DNA from: an uncultured Planctomycetota bacterium
Lineage (GTDB): Bacteria > Planctomycetota > Planctomycetia > Isosphaerales > Isosphaeraceae
DNA length: 64,000 bases
Reading direction: 5' to 3'
NCBI GenBank assembly: GCA_963823665.1
Contig: CAWGMQ010000005.1
Span: 1,024,001-1,088,000 of the forward strand
Each line of letters begins with the position of its first letter. Within the stretch, counting starts at the first letter, position 1. Below the pieces are notes generated by a model that searched no databases, was not told where the DNA came from, and saw only the letters and a list, made by a program, of their open reading frames with translations. The translations under genes and the position numbers were made by a program. Below are positions 61,558 to 64,000 of the stretch, piece after piece.

Positions 61558-64000
61558 TCAAGGCGCCTTGTTCGCGCCGGTCTCGGCGGCGGGGAGCGGG
61601 ACCTGTGCAGGGCTGGCGAGATAAGATACGAGCGCGCGAATCTCGAACTCGGAGAGGGGTTTCCAGAGGTCCTCGGGCATCATCGACTGTTCGCTGGTGC
61701 GTCTGGCCTCGATCTCGTTTTTGGGGAGAGTGATGGTTTCGTTGGCGGTGGCGAGGGTGATCGAATCTTTGTCTTCGGCGCGGACGATTCCCGTGAGCAC
61801 GCGGCCGTCGGTGGTGGCGATCACGTGCGCTTGATAGTCCTTGCCGATCAAGGCACTCGGGTCGAGGACGTTGGAGAGCAGATAGTCGAGGTCTGCCCGG
61901 TTCGAGCCGGTCAAATCTGGTCCAACCTGGCCGCCGGTGCCAAAGAGGGTGTGGCACTGCTGACAGATCCTGGCGTAGACGGCACGGCCGAAGAATCGGT
62001 CTGGAGGCTGGCGATGCTTTGCGGTGAGCATCGCCTTGGCCTGGGCGATCGCCAGGGCGCGGTCGCCGGACGTTTCGCGGACGGTGCCCCAAACGCGGGC
62101 GAGCTGTGCGGTCAAGCCGGCGTCCTTGAGGTTGCGAATCTGTCGTGCGAACTCGGCCGTCAGGTCTGCTCGCGGGATTTTTCCGGTCTCGACGGCGGCG
62201 AGCAGGGCTCGACACGAGGTTTTGCGGCCGGCGAGGGTGCTCAGGACGTCGCGGCGTTCGGGTGGTCCAAGCGAGCGATAGGCCTCGATCAGGATCTCGG
62301 GCGTGGCCGGGTCGTCATAAGCGGCAAGCCCGCGCACGGCCGGGCCGCCGAGCTGGGGGTGACGAATGAGGCTATGTAGAACACCGACCAAGCCAGGGTC
62401 TTTCACCTTGAGCAGGGCCGTCAGGGCCTGGCGGCGAGCGTCGGGACCGGCGGTCGAGTCGACGAGCAGGCGTTTCAGTGAGTCTCGCGCGGCTGCGTCG
62501 CCGAAGTTCACGCCGAGGGCGACTGCTCGCGAGCGAACGTTTGCGTCGGGGTCGGAGGCGAGGGTGCTGAACACGGCGGGCCATGCGGCGGGCATCGCCA
62601 CCTGGCGGCGACCGCGGAGCGCTTCCTCGATTCCAGTCAAGAGGGTGAGCCGACGGGCCGAGCCGGCGGCGCGGCCAAGCTCGCCCACGAGGAGCGCGAG
62701 CGACTCGGGCGTTCCGAGCGCGGCGATGCGGCGAGCCATGAATTCCTGGATCCGTGAAAGCGGCGAGCTTGCCGCCAGGGCGGCGGCTCGCGGCGCATCG
62801 ACGGCCGCCAGAGGCTCGGCGGCATACCAGTACATGAGCGGTAAATTGTGATCAGAGGCATCTTCACCGTGAGCGACCAGAGCAGTCAGCGTATCCCAGC
62901 GCTTTTCGGGCGGCAGACGAAGGAGCGCCGAAGCCAGGTAGAGACGGACCATCGGCGAAGGATCTGTGCGCGCAAATCGGTAAACCTCGCCAGGATGGGA
63001 TCTGGCGGAGTCCCCTGCTCCGTCGCGAACTGGATGGTCCAGGCGCGGATCACGGGGTCCGGGTCAGTGAGAGCTTGCTCGATCGCGGCGGGATCACTCA
63101 AGCCGTTAACGGCACGCTGAGCGAGCAGGGCGCGGAGTGCGATGGAGGTGTTCGCACCGTTCTTCTTCCTCAGATCGAGGAGCAACTCCGCCGCCTCGGC
63201 GTTTGGTCCGCGCTCCTGGAGAATCCGGCGGGCGTGGCGGGCATACCATTCGTTGGGCGAGGTCTGGAGTGCGACGAGCGTCCGGGACTGTTCGCCGGCG
63301 AGATTCACGGGTACGTGCCTGGGCTGGCCGAAGCTGACCTTGAAGATGCGGCCGTTGGTGCGATCGTGGCCGTTCACATCGTTGTGGTGGCACTGGTTCT
63401 TGTCGTACCAGTCGATCATGAAGAGGCTGCCGTCGGGCCCGGTCTTCAAGCTGATGATCTGCGACCAGAGGTCGTTTGCCAGCAGGAAGTCGGGGGCGTG
63501 CGAGCCGACGAAGCCCGAGCCGCTCGGGGCCAGGAGATCGCGATTGAGCCGGGCGCCGTGGATGTTGTTCATGAACAGCGAGCCGTTGTACTCATCGGGC
63601 CAGGCGCCGCCCAGATAGATCATCGCGCCGGAGTGGGCATGGCCGCCGCCGGCGGAATCGGACCGGCCGTTGCCGCCGTGCGGGTTGGCCCCGAGGTAAT
63701 GGCGGTGGTCGGCAATCGTTTTGATATTGCCATAAGTATAAGGATTGAAATGCTGGCCAGCCTGGCGCTCGTAGCGGCCGCCCTGGATCATGTGGTAAAG
63801 ATGGGGGATGACGCAGGCGGTGATGAACATCTGACCGCGCGCGTCGAAGTCGATGCCCCAGGGGTTGCTGGTGCCAAATGCGAAGACCTCGAACTCATGG
63901 CGCACTGGGATGGAAGCGCCAGATGCCGGCGTTAAGCGGAATGCGGTCAGCGGCTTTGGTACCGGGTTTTCCGACCCGGGAGTGGGTGAAGACGCCGTGG
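61558..64000 (-). CDS. PVC-type heme-binding CxxCH protein (propeller, HEAT repeats, cytochrome c); 5' end outside the window; frameshifts near 62975 and 63905
   Basis: GTSNPWGIDFD, GGGHAHSG, IDWYD, HEAT-like helices, CQQCH, GPDLTG, SMMPE. Confidence 0.88.

Noticed and set aside
58666..62379. 1237-aa plus-strand ORF
   Set aside because: Antisense shadow of three well-supported minus-strand genes in high-GC DNA; no motifs.

Overview
GC-rich bacterial window, very probably from a planctomycete (Isosphaeraceae-like). Support: the LEDRTLL export motif, a PEP-CTERM protein, planctomycete-type ECF sigma factors and Ser/Thr kinases, and a PVC-type CxxCH protein. Core-like genes lie at both ends (cca and rsmD on the left; manC, a UDPGP-type pyrophosphorylase, an MBL hydrolase and the PVC heme protein on the right) and enclose an accessory region of about 10-44 kb. 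That region holds: toxin-antitoxin loci; a group II intron whose RT gene is split at the conserved LGIP motif by a 2.7-kb serine-recombinase element; a 4199-aa Ig/RHS protein with an N-terminal dockerin, encoded directly downstream of a PEP-CTERM cohesin-like protein; four dispersed copies of one gene fragment; and a decayed defence island (SauUSI-like PLD-helicase-DUF3427, Z1 remnant, DUF4420, ParB-like protein plus nuclease-like protein, DUF2075 remnant). The best candidates for undescribed systems are (i) a cohesin-dockerin tether that displays an RHS protein on the cell surface and (ii) an intron-targeting recombinase element whose excised junction supplies an SD and ATG to its own first gene. 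All domain calls come from motif recognition by eye; no searches were run. Several 1-nt frameshifts may be assembly errors.
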